A DNA stretch of 30,327 nucleotides from an uncultured Chloroflexota bacterium (GTDB taxonomy: Bacteria > Chloroflexota > Limnocylindria > Limnocylindrales > CSP1-4), in contig CAIXZV010000263.1 in the NCBI GenBank assembly GCA_903924005.1, positions 1-30,327 of the forward strand. Reading direction: 5' to 3'. Within the stretch, counting starts at the first letter, position 1. Every line of letters starts with the position of its first letter. Of this stretch, positions 1 to 9,544 are shown piece by piece. The notes below the pieces were generated by a model. It ran no database searches and was not told the DNA's origin. It saw only the letters and a list, made by a program, of their open reading frames with translations. The position numbers and the translations under genes are program-made.

Positions 1-395
1 AGCGGGGTCAGCGCCATGCGGATTGCCTCAATGTCGTTCCGGTGAGCCCGCAGTTCGTCAATGGTGGCCGGACGCCGCCCGGCAATGACGCCGTCCGGAT
101 CCGCGATGGCCAGCGACATCGGCATGCCCCGCAGCCCAATCGCCTCCACGCCGGCCCACCCGGAACCGCCGGCGCCAAGACCCTGGCTGAACGCGGACCA
201 GGATCCGGCGGCGATGCCCATGACGAGTACGCCGATGGCGGCGGCCAGGAGCCAGCCGCGCCAGACGCGCCCGGCGGGCGACCCCGCCGGCTTGCGCGCG
301 AAGGCCGCTGGGAAGTCGCGCTCCGCCCGCTGGAGTTCGGCGGCCAGGTAGTCGCCCAGACGCGGGTCCAGCGCCGGCATCTCGTCCTGCATCAT
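1..395 (-). CDS. Putative anti-sigma-like single-pass membrane protein (partial, runs off window start)
   Basis: Own translation: MMQDEMPALDPRLGDYLAAELQRAERDF...WLLAAAIGVLVMGIAAGSWS..., open to base 1. Its ATG overlaps the ECF stop (ATGA). One TM segment follows a short cytoplasmic N-terminus. Anti-sigma role is inferred from context. Confidence 0.6.
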   Translation of the reverse strand, partial: MMQDEMPALDPRLGDYLAAELQRAERDFPAAFARKPAGSPAGRVWRGWLLAAAIGVLVMGIAAGSWSAFSQGLGAGGSGWAGVEAIGLRGMPMSLAIADPDGVIAGRRPATIDELRAHRNDIEAIRMALTP

Positions 396-901
396 CCGAG
401 CACCTCCCGGAGCTGGGCCAGCCCGGTCTTCACCTGGCTCCTGACTGTGTTCTCGCTGACGCCCATCGCCGCCGCGGTTTCGGCAACCGGCAGCCCGGCG
501 AGGTAGTGGAGCGCGATGGCGGCGCGGGTGCGTCTGGGCAGCTTCGCAAGCGCCCGGCGGATGTCCGTGCGCTGGGCGAGATCCGGCCCCGCCACCGCAA
601 TCTCGTGGACCACCGGGTCAAACCGAACCTGGCGTCGAAGCCGCCGGACAAGCCGGAACGCCTCGCGTGTCTGGATTGTCAGAAGCCAGGCGCGCAGCGC
701 GCCCGGATCGCGCAGCGAGTCGATCCGCCGCAATGCAATCTCAAACGTGGTCTGCACCAGATCCTGCGCCTCGTCATCGTCAAGCGTGATCACGCGCGCA
801 GCAGCGAGCAGCACGGGCCCGTGGACGTACAGCTCATCCACAAGCATTGCCGGTGGACCGATCCCCGCCAGCTCCACGTCCCGCATGCGTGCAGTGTCCA
901 C
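392..901 (-). CDS. ECF-type (sigma-70 family) RNA polymerase sigma factor
   Basis: Region 2 motif (EAQDLVQTTF...WLLTIQTREA) and region 4.2 (LPRRTRAAIALHY...ETAAAMGVSENTVRSQVKTG). Start placed at GTG 901 with GGAG 5 nt upstream; the ORF track starts at 943. Confidence 0.9.
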   Translation of the reverse strand: MDTARMRDVELAGIGPPAMLVDELYVHGPVLLAAARVITLDDDEAQDLVQTTFEIALRRIDSLRDPGALRAWLLTIQTREAFRLVRRLRRQVRFDPVVHEIAVAGPDLAQRTDIRRALAKLPRRTRAAIALHYLAGLPVAETAAAMGVSENTVRSQVKTGLAQLREVLG

Positions 902-973
902 CCGGTCTCCAGTTGCGTGTACACCTACTGGAGGACACAGCAAGCCGAAACGGGTGATCAGGCTTCGGCAGCG

Positions 974-2155
974 TCAGCGTGCCGGGCTGTACCCCGTGAG
1001 CTCCACGTACGCTTCGCCGCCCAGCGGCTGGCCGCCCCGCGTGGCTGAGACCCGCTGCGAGCCCTCCCAGTACACAACACCCGTGGTTGCCCGCGTGTCC
1101 AGCTCCTGCTGGGCGACTGACGGGGTCAGGTTGATGGCAAGGTCCTGGGCGGGCAACTTGATCGCCCAGCCGGCCGGATAGACCGCGCCGGTCTTGGGGC
1201 TGGTCCAGTGGCCAGTCACGTCAACGGTGAAGTCCGCCGGGCCGAGCCGCGTGGTGTCGCCGGCCATGTCCACGAGCGTCCCGTAGATCAGCGGGTAGGT
1301 CCCGTCAGCCGCGCGAACGAGCGAGAGCGTCATGTCGGTGCCGTCAGCGAGGTTCACAGCAAACCAGTCCCAGCCGCCGCCGCCCACCGAGATGAAGTCA
1401 CCCCACTGGTGGTCAAACCAGGCCGTGCCGCTCACGTGCAACGTCTTCCCGCCAACGGTGATGGTGCCGCGCGCGCTCATTGACGTCCGCGAGTAGTAGT
1501 ACGAGCCGCCCGCCGTCTGGAAGTCCACGTAGCCGTCGCCGTCGTGGAGCGCCGGGGGCTTGACGGTCGCCAGCGTGAGCGACAGGCCAAACGCTGACCC
1601 GGCACCATCGCCCAGCGCCTCCGTTGGTAGCGCGCTGGCCGCCAGTTTGTCCGTCCCGTTGGCACCGGTCATGGTCCACGGCGCACGGGTGAACGTGGTG
1701 GGATCCGCCGGGTCAAGCCCGCGAATAGCCAGGTTGAACCCGGCGGCCGCCATTGCCGCCACGTTGACCTGCGGGCCGATCTCCGCACGCTGGGCGTAGT
1801 GGAACTGCTGGCCCGTCTCATCGGTGAGCGCAAGGTGCGAGGCCCACGTCACCGGGAACGAGCCGCGCTCCGCTCGGAACACAACGTACTCAAAGCCCCA
1901 GCGCCCGCCGTTCTCGTCAACGAGATGGCCTGTGTCGTACCACCACTCTGTCAGGCGGTCGTGAGCGCCGTCGTCGCTCGGCAGGACCACGGGTTGCGGG
2001 TCAGCGGGCCGGGGCGTGCCGGACGGGGCAGCCGTGGGACGGGGATGGGCGGCCGGCGGGTTGGCAAGGATGGGGCCACTGCAGCCAGCCAGCGCGACGG
2101 CAAGCAGCACCGCCGGCGCGACCAACGCGAGGCGGCCGAGGCGCGACCCGCTCAT
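974..2155 (-). CDS. Lipocalin-like AttH/CrtC (carotenoid 1,2-hydratase-like) family lipoprotein
   Basis: Lipobox LAGC; motifs EWWYDTGHL, SYYYSRT, AWFDHQWG, WDWFAVNL, YWEG and YVELTGY are typical of this family. Confidence 0.8.
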   Translation of the reverse strand: MSGSRLGRLALVAPAVLLAVALAGCSGPILANPPAAHPRPTAAPSGTPRPADPQPVVLPSDDGAHDRLTEWWYDTGHLVDENGGRWGFEYVVFRAERGSFPVTWASHLALTDETGQQFHYAQRAEIGPQVNVAAMAAAGFNLAIRGLDPADPTTFTRAPWTMTGANGTDKLAASALPTEALGDGAGSAFGLSLTLATVKPPALHDGDGYVDFQTAGGSYYYSRTSMSARGTITVGGKTLHVSGTAWFDHQWGDFISVGGGGWDWFAVNLADGTDMTLSLVRAADGTYPLIYGTLVDMAGDTTRLGPADFTVDVTGHWTSPKTGAVYPAGWAIKLPAQDLAINLTPSVAQQELDTRATTGVVYWEGSQRVSATRGGQPLGGEAYVELTGYSPAR

Positions 2156-4419
2156 CGGTTCGCCTCCTCAATCTCGGCTTCGGTCTTGGGCAGGAAGCGC
2201 CCCAGCGCCCGGTCAAGCCGCGCCGGCACCCACCAGTTCCAGCGGCCAAGAAGGCGCATGGTCGCGGGGACCAGCAGCGCGCGGACCACGGTGGCATCAA
2301 GCGCCACGGCAATGGCCACGCCCAGGCCCAGCGCCTTGATCAGCACGATGTCCGCGAAGGCGAAGCTGCCCGCCACCAGCACCACGATCAGCGCCGCCGA
2401 TGAGACGATCCGCCCGCTCCGTTCAAGACCGCGCGCAACGGCTTCGGTGTTGTCGCCCGTCTTGTCCCAGGCCTCTTTCATGCGTGTGAGCAGGAAGACC
2501 TCGTAGTCCATCGACAGCCCAAACAGCACGCAGAACAGGATCACAGGCTGTGTGGTCTCCACAAAGCCAAGCGGGCCAAAGCCAAGCGGCGCCGAGAGGT
2601 TGCCGTCCTGGAAGATCCAGACCAGCGCGCCAAAGCTCGCGACGATCGAGAGCGTATTCATGATCAGCGCCTTGATCGGCAGGACGACTGACCGGAGCAG
2701 GACGAACAGGACGAGCAGCGTGGTCACGATGATGAACGCGGCGGTCCGCGGAAAGTCAGACCAGACGCGCGTCACCACGTCCTCCACGTCGGCAGCGCCC
2801 CCACCAACCTGGACGGTCACGCCGGGGGGCGGTGCCAGTGGGCCAACCCCGCTGCGGAGATCCCGCACGAGCGCGCGCCCTTCCTCGGCGTTGGAGCTGA
2901 ACGGCGTGATCACCGTAAACGCGGCGAGGTTGCCCTTGGACGAGCCACTCAGGACGGCGGCCACAAACCTGTCCGGCGGACCTGCGGGCGCGGCGTAGAG
3001 CAGCTGGTACTGCGTAAGCGTCAGGCGCGGGTCCACGTTCACCAGGCTTCCCACCCGCACGACGCGCGGGTCTGCGGCCAGACGCCGCGAGTAGTCGTAC
3101 AGCAGCGCGATGTTGGCAGGCGTTGTGGCGTCGCCCTGCGTGCGGATGGCCAGCTCAAGCGGGGCGAACTCGCCCTCGCCAAACTTGGCCGCCAGGATGT
3201 CGTAGGCCTCACGCGACGGCACGGACGACGGGAGGATCGTGGCGTCCGGGGCGTTGAACCGCACGTGCAGGAACGGGACGCCGAGGACCAGGAGGATCGC
3301 CAGGGTTGGGACGAGGACGCGCACCGGGTGTCGCATGACCCGGCGGGCCAGCCGCGCCCACGGGCCGTCGGTGCCGGGCTGGACGGTGACGCGGCGGACG
3401 GCCAACGCGTCGACGCGCGTACCCAGAATGGCGAGGACCGCGGGCAGCAGCGTGGTGGCCGCGGCAACCGCAAGGCCCACCACGATGGCGCCGGCGATGC
3501 CAACCGAGCGCAGGATCATGAACTCAAACAGCACGAGGCCCAGCAGCCCCAGCAGCACGGTGAGCCCTGAGAAGAACACGGCTCGCCCGGCCGTCGCCAC
3601 CGTGACGCGGACGCTTTCGGCCACGCGGTCGGGTCCGGTTCGATGCGCCAGCTCCTCGCGGAATCGGCTGGTCATCAGCAGCGAGTAGTCAACGCCAAGC
3701 CCAAGGCCAAGCAGCGTGGCCAGATTGAGGACAAAGATGCTCATCGGCATGATCGTGGCTACGAGCCAGATCCCGGCCAGTGCGATGAGCACCGCGGCGC
3801 CGCCAATGGCTAGCGGGATACCCGCGGCCACCACGCTGCCAAACACGGCCAGCAACGCCAGCGCGGCCAGCGGCAGCGAGATGATCTCGCTCCTCCGCAG
3901 GTCTGTTTCCGTGACGGATTGGACGTCGCCGTAGAACGCCGGGCCGCCGCCGATACGCACACGAAGCCCGGGTACTTCGTGGAGGCGTGCCGCTGCTGGC
4001 GGAATGGCCGCAGGCGAGGCGTCGGGCGGAAGGTCAAGAAAGACGACGTCGTACGCCGTCTGGCCATCGGCGCTCACCTGGGCTGGTGCGAGCAGGTGCG
4101 ACTGGACCCGGGTGACGTGGGGGGAGGTGGCGATGCCCCCAGTGGCCGCGGTGACGGCCGCGATCCACGCCGGCGTGCCCGCGCGGAGCGTGTCCGACGT
4201 GTAGACCAGGACAAACGCCGACGGGCTGGCGCCCAACTCGCGGACAAGCGTCTGTTCGGCGCGGACCGACTCAAGGTCGTCAAGGATGAAGCCGCCGGCC
4301 GATAGGGCGCCGGGCGCCCTTGGGGCAAACGGCAGAGCCAGCAAGATCAGCGCCGCCCACGCCGCAACAATCCACCATCGTCGCCGCACCGTGAAGCGGC
4401 CAAGGCGATCAAAGCTCAT
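2152..4419 (-). CDS. MmpL-family (RND superfamily) transporter
   Basis: 755 aa with two repeats of a TM bundle; motifs GLGLGVDYSLL and FGLSMDYEVFLLTRMKE; C-terminal LLGRWNWW. Confidence 0.93.
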   Translation of the reverse strand: MSFDRLGRFTVRRRWWIVAAWAALILLALPFAPRAPGALSAGGFILDDLESVRAEQTLVRELGASPSAFVLVYTSDTLRAGTPAWIAAVTAATGGIATSPHVTRVQSHLLAPAQVSADGQTAYDVVFLDLPPDASPAAIPPAAARLHEVPGLRVRIGGGPAFYGDVQSVTETDLRRSEIISLPLAALALLAVFGSVVAAGIPLAIGGAAVLIALAGIWLVATIMPMSIFVLNLATLLGLGLGVDYSLLMTSRFREELAHRTGPDRVAESVRVTVATAGRAVFFSGLTVLLGLLGLVLFEFMILRSVGIAGAIVVGLAVAAATTLLPAVLAILGTRVDALAVRRVTVQPGTDGPWARLARRVMRHPVRVLVPTLAILLVLGVPFLHVRFNAPDATILPSSVPSREAYDILAAKFGEGEFAPLELAIRTQGDATTPANIALLYDYSRRLAADPRVVRVGSLVNVDPRLTLTQYQLLYAAPAGPPDRFVAAVLSGSSKGNLAAFTVITPFSSNAEEGRALVRDLRSGVGPLAPPPGVTVQVGGGAADVEDVVTRVWSDFPRTAAFIIVTTLLVLFVLLRSVVLPIKALIMNTLSIVASFGALVWIFQDGNLSAPLGFGPLGFVETTQPVILFCVLFGLSMDYEVFLLTRMKEAWDKTGDNTEAVARGLERSGRIVSSAALIVVLVAGSFAFADIVLIKALGLGVAIAVALDATVVRALLVPATMRLLGRWNWWVPARLDRALGRFLPKTEAEIEEANR

Positions 4420-4631
4420 TACAGCGACAGTTCGGCAGGGAGGGGGTCCGCGGATGGGTGGGACAATATGATCATGCGAGGTAGCATGTTATTGCGGGTC
4501 ACCGATGGCTGCCGCAAGGCCCACCCGTGGGGTTCCAGGGCGACGGCCCGTTCTGCTAGCATCAACCGGCCGCAAGAGCGCGGCGCCTACACCATGCCTG
4601 TTGCCGTCCGTCAACGCACGAAGGGCCACCC

Positions 4632-4967
4632 GTGACGATCTTCACGATCTGGTTCGACAACTTTCCGAACAACCTCGTGATCCTGCTCGCCGCCGCGGCG
4701 ATCGCGGGTTCATTTGTGTTTGTCTTCGCCCGCTCTGCGATGGTTGCCGAAGGCGGCCGCCAGGGCTGGACGCGCAAGATCACCGGCCCCAACAGCAAGC
4801 TCATGTTTGCCGGACTCTTCGTGGTCTGGGCGCTGGTCTTCGGGATTGGCCTGCAGCTTGTCCCGCATGAGGGCGCAAGTTCGCCGTACGGCGGCCTGGG
4901 CCTGATCGCCCTCTTCAGCGGCTTCTTCATCATGATGGGCCTGATCTGGAGCGTCATCGGCGAGTAG
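4632..4967 (+). CDS. Small hypothetical membrane protein (about 3 TM segments)
   Basis: 111-aa ORF with hydrophobic segments, coding-like codon usage, AAGGG upstream of GTG, followed by a hairpin. Confidence 0.7.
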   Translation: MTIFTIWFDNFPNNLVILLAAAAIAGSFVFVFARSAMVAEGGRQGWTRKITGPNSKLMFAGLFVVWALVFGIGLQLVPHEGASSPYGGLGLIALFSGFFIMMGLIWSVIGE

Positions 4968-4988
4968 CCGGCGCACTTCACAGCCCCC

Positions 4989-5013
4989 GAAGCCCGGCCC
5001 CGCGCCGGGCTTC
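4989..5013. terminator. Probable bidirectional intrinsic terminator hairpin
   Basis: Perfect 10-bp stem GAAGCCCGGC / GCCGGGCTTC with a 5-nt loop, between convergent genes ending at 4967 and 5030. Confidence 0.65.
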
Positions 5014-5029
5014 TCGATTCCAGAGCCGG

Positions 5030-5590
5030 TTACGGCAGCGCGGAGATCACCGCGTCAAGGACGGTGATGTCCGCGCCCATCGCCTCAAACATCACGTCGC
5101 CCTTTAGGTAGATCACAGCCCAGAAGCCAGCGGAACCGCCCTGCTTGACGTGCTTGCCGCCAAGTGTCTCGTCGGTCATGCCCTGCGGCGTGCCGTTGGA
5201 CATCCCGGCAGTGATGGCGGCGTCCACACCCGCGATGCGCATCGCCATCACGGTGGTTGCAAGCTTTCCGGACGGCGCAGGCGTTGTGGCCACCGCCGTC
5301 GCCACCGCGTAGCTCACGTCGGCCGCGGTCTTGCCGTTTGCCTTGAGGACCGGGTCCAGCGTGGTCATGTCGAGCGGCAGCCCGGCCGCGCCCACCTTCG
5401 CGCCGTCAAAGCTGGCCTTTGTGAACGTCAGGCCGCCAGCACTTGACGGCAGCATGGCCTCAAGCGCGGGTGCAGCACCAGGGAGGTTTGCATCGGTTGG
5501 GGCCGGGGTTCCCGATGCACCGCAGGACACAACGGCGAGGCTGACGACAAGGGCAGCCGCGAGGGCGGCGAGAGGACGAGAGAGCGACAC
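5030..5590 (-). CDS. Hypothetical lipoprotein, paralog 1 of 3
   Basis: GTG 5590 with GAGG upstream; signal peptide with lipobox VVSC; shares LE..LP, LK.NGKT.AD, V.G.DA and terminal ALP motifs with the two neighbours. Confidence 0.75.
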   Translation of the reverse strand: MSLSRPLAALAAALVVSLAVVSCGASGTPAPTDANLPGAAPALEAMLPSSAGGLTFTKASFDGAKVGAAGLPLDMTTLDPVLKANGKTAADVSYAVATAVATTPAPSGKLATTVMAMRIAGVDAAITAGMSNGTPQGMTDETLGGKHVKQGGSAGFWAVIYLKGDVMFEAMGADITVLDAVISALP

Positions 5591-5613
5591 GGAGCAAACC
5601 TCAGGGATGGGGG

Positions 5614-6237
5614 TCAGGGCAGGGCGGCAACGATGGCCTCGAGCTGCGTGCTGTCTGGGCACTGCACCCGGAAGAGGGCCACACCCGTGGCATACAGGAC
5701 AACCCAGAAGCCCGTGGCACCGCCTCGCCGCACGGCCTTGGTGCCCATGGTGGCAGCCCGCAGTTCGGTAGAACCCGGGCCGAGGAGCGCCATCGTCTTG
5801 GCAGCGTCCACACCCTTCACCCGGACCAGCGTCACCACGGAGCCGGTGCTGCCGGCGCCCACGGCCCAGCCGATGTCGGCGATCGTCTTGCCGTTGTCCT
5901 TGAGGAGCCCGTCAAGCCCGTTGGCTGTGAACGGCGCTCCGGCGAGCCCAAGCGCAGAACCGTTGTAGCTGCGCTTGGTAAACGTTTCGGCCCCAACCGC
6001 GTCAGGCAGCGCCTTTTCAAGCTCGGGCGCTCCGGCGGCCGTGTTGTTGTTGCCGTAGCTGGATCCGGCAGGCGTGGGCTGGCCCCCCTGGTCGCCGGGG
6101 CCTGCCGTTGGCTGGCCGCTCTGCTCGGCAGGTCCCGCAGTTGGTCCGGCACTGGGCAACTCGATCGTGCTGCCACAAGCGGCGGCGATCACCGCCAGCG
6201 CGAAGACCCCGACAAGCAGGCGGCGGTCCGGCGTCAC
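5614..6237 (-). CDS. Hypothetical lipoprotein, paralog 2 of 3
   Basis: GTG 6237 with AAAGGA upstream; DRRLLVGVFALAVIAAAC lipobox; Pro/Gly/Gln/Thr linker; shared paralog motifs. Confidence 0.75.
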   Translation of the reverse strand: MTPDRRLLVGVFALAVIAAACGSTIELPSAGPTAGPAEQSGQPTAGPGDQGGQPTPAGSSYGNNNTAAGAPELEKALPDAVGAETFTKRSYNGSALGLAGAPFTANGLDGLLKDNGKTIADIGWAVGAGSTGSVVTLVRVKGVDAAKTMALLGPGSTELRAATMGTKAVRRGGATGFWVVLYATGVALFRVQCPDSTQLEAIVAALP

Positions 6238-6336
6238 GGGTGATCCTTTCGAGGCGGGGCGCGCCGCGGCCCTTGCTGTCTTTCGGCGCGTCCCGATTGT
6301 AGTGATTGGGGTGTGGCCGGGACGCCGCAAGAATCG

Positions 6337-6368
6337 AAAACCCGGACCCGCCGTGTGGCAGGTCCGGG
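6337..6368 (-). terminator. Intrinsic terminator downstream of lipoprotein paralog 3
   Basis: 12-bp stem (6341-6352 / 6357-6368, one mismatch), 4-nt loop, followed on the minus strand by TTTT. Confidence 0.65.
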
Positions 6369-6390
6369 CTTCACGCAGGGTCGCTTTCGA

Positions 6391-7032
6391 TCAGGGCAGC
6401 GCGGAGAGGATGGCGTCCATGTCCTTCTCGCCGGCAATCACCATGAACACGACATCGTCGTGCAGGTAGGTGACATTGCCGAAGCCGCCTGAGATGGAGC
6501 CGTGCACCTTCTTGCCGCCAACGGTGATCTCGGGATTGTCCGAATAGCCGGAGTCAAAGCCGGTGACGAACTTGGATGCGTCGAGGCCTTTGACCTGCAG
6601 GGCGTAGATGATGGTGGGGATCCCCGACGTGCTGGGAGTTGTGGCCATGCCCATCGCAAACGCGATGTCGGCAAGCGTCTTGCCATTGTCCTTGAGGATC
6701 TTGTCAAGACCGTCGCCACCGGACGCGCCAGCGATGCCCGCCCACGGGATCGCCGAATAGTCAAAGCTGGTCTTGGTGATCTCCGTCGTACCCACCTTGT
6801 CCGGGATCAACGCTTCCAGACCCGAGGCGTTCCCAGGCGCAAGGCTGATGGGTGCGTCCGTCGGCTGTGACGTGGAGCCGCCGTTGCCGGCGTCGGTGGG
6901 CTGCGACGTGGGGTTGTTGCCCCCGTTGCCGTTGTCTGTAGGCGCGGGGGTCTTCGAACCGGAACCACCGCAGGCTGCGACGATGACCGAGAGCGCGAAG
7001 ACGCCGGACAGCAGGCGTCGATTGGTCGACAT
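6391..7032 (-). CDS. Hypothetical lipoprotein, paralog 3 of 3
   Basis: ATG 7032 with AAAGGA upstream; NRRLLSGVFALSVIVAAC lipobox; linker with repeated TSQPTDA; shared paralog motifs. Confidence 0.78.
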   Translation of the reverse strand: MSTNRRLLSGVFALSVIVAACGGSGSKTPAPTDNGNGGNNPTSQPTDAGNGGSTSQPTDAPISLAPGNASGLEALIPDKVGTTEITKTSFDYSAIPWAGIAGASGGDGLDKILKDNGKTLADIAFAMGMATTPSTSGIPTIIYALQVKGLDASKFVTGFDSGYSDNPEITVGGKKVHGSISGGFGNVTYLHDDVVFMVIAGEKDMDAILSALP

Positions 7033-7148
7033 GGCGTGTCCTTTCGACTGGGGGCACGCCGCGGTCCACCCCCTCAGATGCGTATACGGCGCGTGGGCAT
7101 TGTACGGAGCGGGCGAAAGGGCGCATTGGAAGGGGCTGGTGGCGATCG

Positions 7149-7178
7149 TGGACGGCGTCTCGCGCCGTCCGCTATGAT
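7149..7178 (+). promoter_or_regulatory. Putative sigma-70 promoter of kamA
   Basis: TGGACG (7149-7154), 18-nt spacer, TATGAT (7173-7178). Confidence 0.4.
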
Positions 7179-7264
7179 CGCCGTCCATGCAGGATGCATA
7201 GGATTTATGCGTCCTTGCCGCGCCGGTGGGCGCTGTCGGGCGGGCGGAGCGGAGGATTCAGTCG

Positions 7265-8749
7265 GTGGAGATCCAGACGCACGGGGTGAGTGTTCCCGCT
7301 GTTGGTGAGGCACGTCCCTGGGTCAACCCGCGCGATCCAGCACGAAGGCTTGGGCCTGACGGCAAGCTGGCGATCAGCCCGCGTGCGCCGAAGTGGCACG
7401 ACGTTCCCGACGAGAAGTGGAACGACTGGCGCTGGCAGCTCTCCAACCGGGTCAACGACCTTGCGGAGATCGCCGAGATCCTGGAACTCACCGACGATGA
7501 GCGTGAGGGTCTGTCCGCTCCGGACAAGTTCCGCGTGGATGTCACGCCGTATTTCATCAGCCTGATTGACCCCAAGGACCCAAACGACCCGATCCGCCGC
7601 CAGATCATCCCGCTTGGGCGCGAGCTGGCCGCCTTCACGGGGATGATGGAGGACAGCCTGGCGGAGGACCGCCACTCGCCGGTCCCGGGGCTTGTGCACC
7701 GCTATCCGGATCGCGTGCTGATGCTGGTGACCACCCAGTGCGCGGTGTACTGCCGCTATTGCACCCGAAGCCGGATCGTGGGCGACCCCACGCAGAACTT
7801 CAACCGCAAGGAGCAAGAGGCCCAGCTGGACTACATCCGGCGGACCCCGCAGATCCGCGACGTGCTGCTGTCCGGCGGTGACGCCCTGACCTTGGCGCCC
7901 AAGATCCTTGAAGGCACACTGCGCGCCCTGCGCGAGATCCCGCACGTTGAGGTGGTCCGCATCGGGTCACGAGTGCCGGTCTTCATGCCGCAGCGCATCA
8001 ACGACGAGCTGTGCGACATGCTCAGCGAGTTCCACCCGCTGTGGCTGAACATTCACGTCAACCACCCAAACGAGATCACGCCAGAGGTGTCTCGCGCCTG
8101 CGACAAGCTGGCCCGGGCCGGCATCCCGCTGGGCAACCAGACCGTGCTGCTGGCCGGAGTGAACGACTGCGTCCACACGCAGCGCGAGCTGGTCCAGCGT
8201 CTGGTGGAGAACCGGGTGCGTCCGTATTACCTGTACCAGTGTGATCTGGTGGAGGGCGCGGGCCACTTCCGCACACCCGTGGGCAAGGGCCTTGAGATCA
8301 TTGAAGGCCTCCGTGGCCACACATCCGGGTACGCCGTGCCCCAGTTCATCGTGGATGCGCCAGGCGGCGGCGGGAAGATCCCGGTGATGCCCAACTACCT
8401 TGTGTCCTATTCGGACCACAAGGTGATCCTGCGCAACTACGAGGGCTACATCACCACATACGAGGAGCCCACGGAGTACAAGCCCCACGACACGACGTCG
8501 TGCAAATACTGTGCGCACCCGCGGCCGGAACCGGGCCAGGAGGGCATCACCGGGCTGCTGGACGGCAAGAAGATGTGGATTGAACCCTCAGGCTTTGCGC
8601 TTGCGCATGAGCGTGGCAACACCGAGGCGCATCGCCTGAGCGATCCGTCCAAGTGGGTGCCGTACGGCGTGGGCGCCATCGAAGGACAGTCGTCCGAAGG
8701 TGGCCGCGAGCTGCCCGTGCTTGAGGCGGGCGCGCCGGCGACGGAGTAG
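7265..8749 (+). CDS. kamA: Lysine 2,3-aminomutase (radical SAM, PLP-dependent)
   Basis: CAVYCRYC radical-SAM triad; HRYPDRVL, LLSGGD, PYYLYQCD and PGGGGKIP (PLP lysine) motifs. Start GTG 7265 has GGAGGA 8 nt upstream. Confidence 0.9.
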   Translation: MEIQTHGVSVPAVGEARPWVNPRDPARRLGPDGKLAISPRAPKWHDVPDEKWNDWRWQLSNRVNDLAEIAEILELTDDEREGLSAPDKFRVDVTPYFISLIDPKDPNDPIRRQIIPLGRELAAFTGMMEDSLAEDRHSPVPGLVHRYPDRVLMLVTTQCAVYCRYCTRSRIVGDPTQNFNRKEQEAQLDYIRRTPQIRDVLLSGGDALTLAPKILEGTLRALREIPHVEVVRIGSRVPVFMPQRINDELCDMLSEFHPLWLNIHVNHPNEITPEVSRACDKLARAGIPLGNQTVLLAGVNDCVHTQRELVQRLVENRVRPYYLYQCDLVEGAGHFRTPVGKGLEIIEGLRGHTSGYAVPQFIVDAPGGGGKIPVMPNYLVSYSDHKVILRNYEGYITTYEEPTEYKPHDTTSCKYCAHPRPEPGQEGITGLLDGKKMWIEPSGFALAHERGNTEAHRLSDPSKWVPYGVGAIEGQSSEGGRELPVLEAGAPATE

Positions 8750-8896
8750 CGGCTCGCCGTCGCCCGCCGTGGGACCCGACTCGTACAATCGCGCCTTGAT
8801 GCAATCTGCGCCTGTGTCGTCCAGCCGTCAGTTCCGCCGGGGCCGGAACCTCGTAGGCGTGACGGCCTCCGTGGTTCTGTGTGGCGCGACCGCGCC

Positions 8897-9115
8897 ATGA
8901 AGAGGGCTGGACAGTCATCGCCAAAGAAGCGCAAGCGTTCGATCGGCCAGACGATGGGAGGGATCATCGTCGGCTTCGAGCAGCAGATCCTCCGGACGAC
9001 GCCGCCGGCGGAGGAGCTCGTTCGTCACGCTCGCCCCGATGATCCGGTCCCGGCCAAGGACGGCACCCGACTTGTGATGGAACTCCCCGACACCCACACG
9101 CCGGAGGCTGAGTGA
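8897..9115 (+). CDS. Small hypothetical protein
   Basis: MKRAGQSSPKKRKRSIGQTMGGIIVGFEQQILR...; its stop overlaps the next gene's GTG (GTGA), suggesting translational coupling. Confidence 0.55.
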   Translation: MKRAGQSSPKKRKRSIGQTMGGIIVGFEQQILRTTPPAEELVRHARPDDPVPAKDGTRLVMELPDTHTPEAE

Positions 9116-9540
9116 GCGAGGCTACACGACCCGCGCCAACTGGCTTCCCGGGCGTGCTTCCAGCGCCGCCCGTGATTGCCGAGAGCGGGGACCCGTTTAC
9201 GTCGCTGCGCGTGATTGACGCCGTTGCGCGCATGGAGCGCGGCGTGCCCGTGCGGTTTGACGATCTCGTTGCGCGCCTCAACGCCGCCCATCTGGACTGG
9301 CTGTTCACCCGGTCCGTGGTGGTCAGCGTGCTCGTGACGCTGCAGGCCAACTGGATGACCGACTACCGCAACGCGTCCGGGATTGTCCTGAGCGAGGGTC
9401 CGGGCGGCGCCACGCTGACCATCGAGGACTCGTCACGCGTTGATCCGTGGATCGTGCGTCAGGCGATGCGCGAGGAGGCCGACTGCCGCGAGGCGCTGGC
9501 CGAGTTTGCCCGCCGCGACCGGGTGGCCGGCGGAGGCTGA
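9112..9540 (+). CDS. Hypothetical protein
   Basis: 142-aa ORF with strongly coding-like codon usage; no recognised family. Confidence 0.7.
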   Translation: MSEATRPAPTGFPGVLPAPPVIAESGDPFTSLRVIDAVARMERGVPVRFDDLVARLNAAHLDWLFTRSVVVSVLVTLQANWMTDYRNASGIVLSEGPGGATLTIEDSSRVDPWIVRQAMREEADCREALAEFARRDRVAGGG

Positions 9541-9544
9541 CCGG

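Noticed and set aside
7265-8749. EpmB (EF-P beta-lysylation) assignment for the radical SAM gene
   Set aside because: The long C-terminal region, YEGYITTY motif and absence of adjacent efp/epmA fit KamA better.
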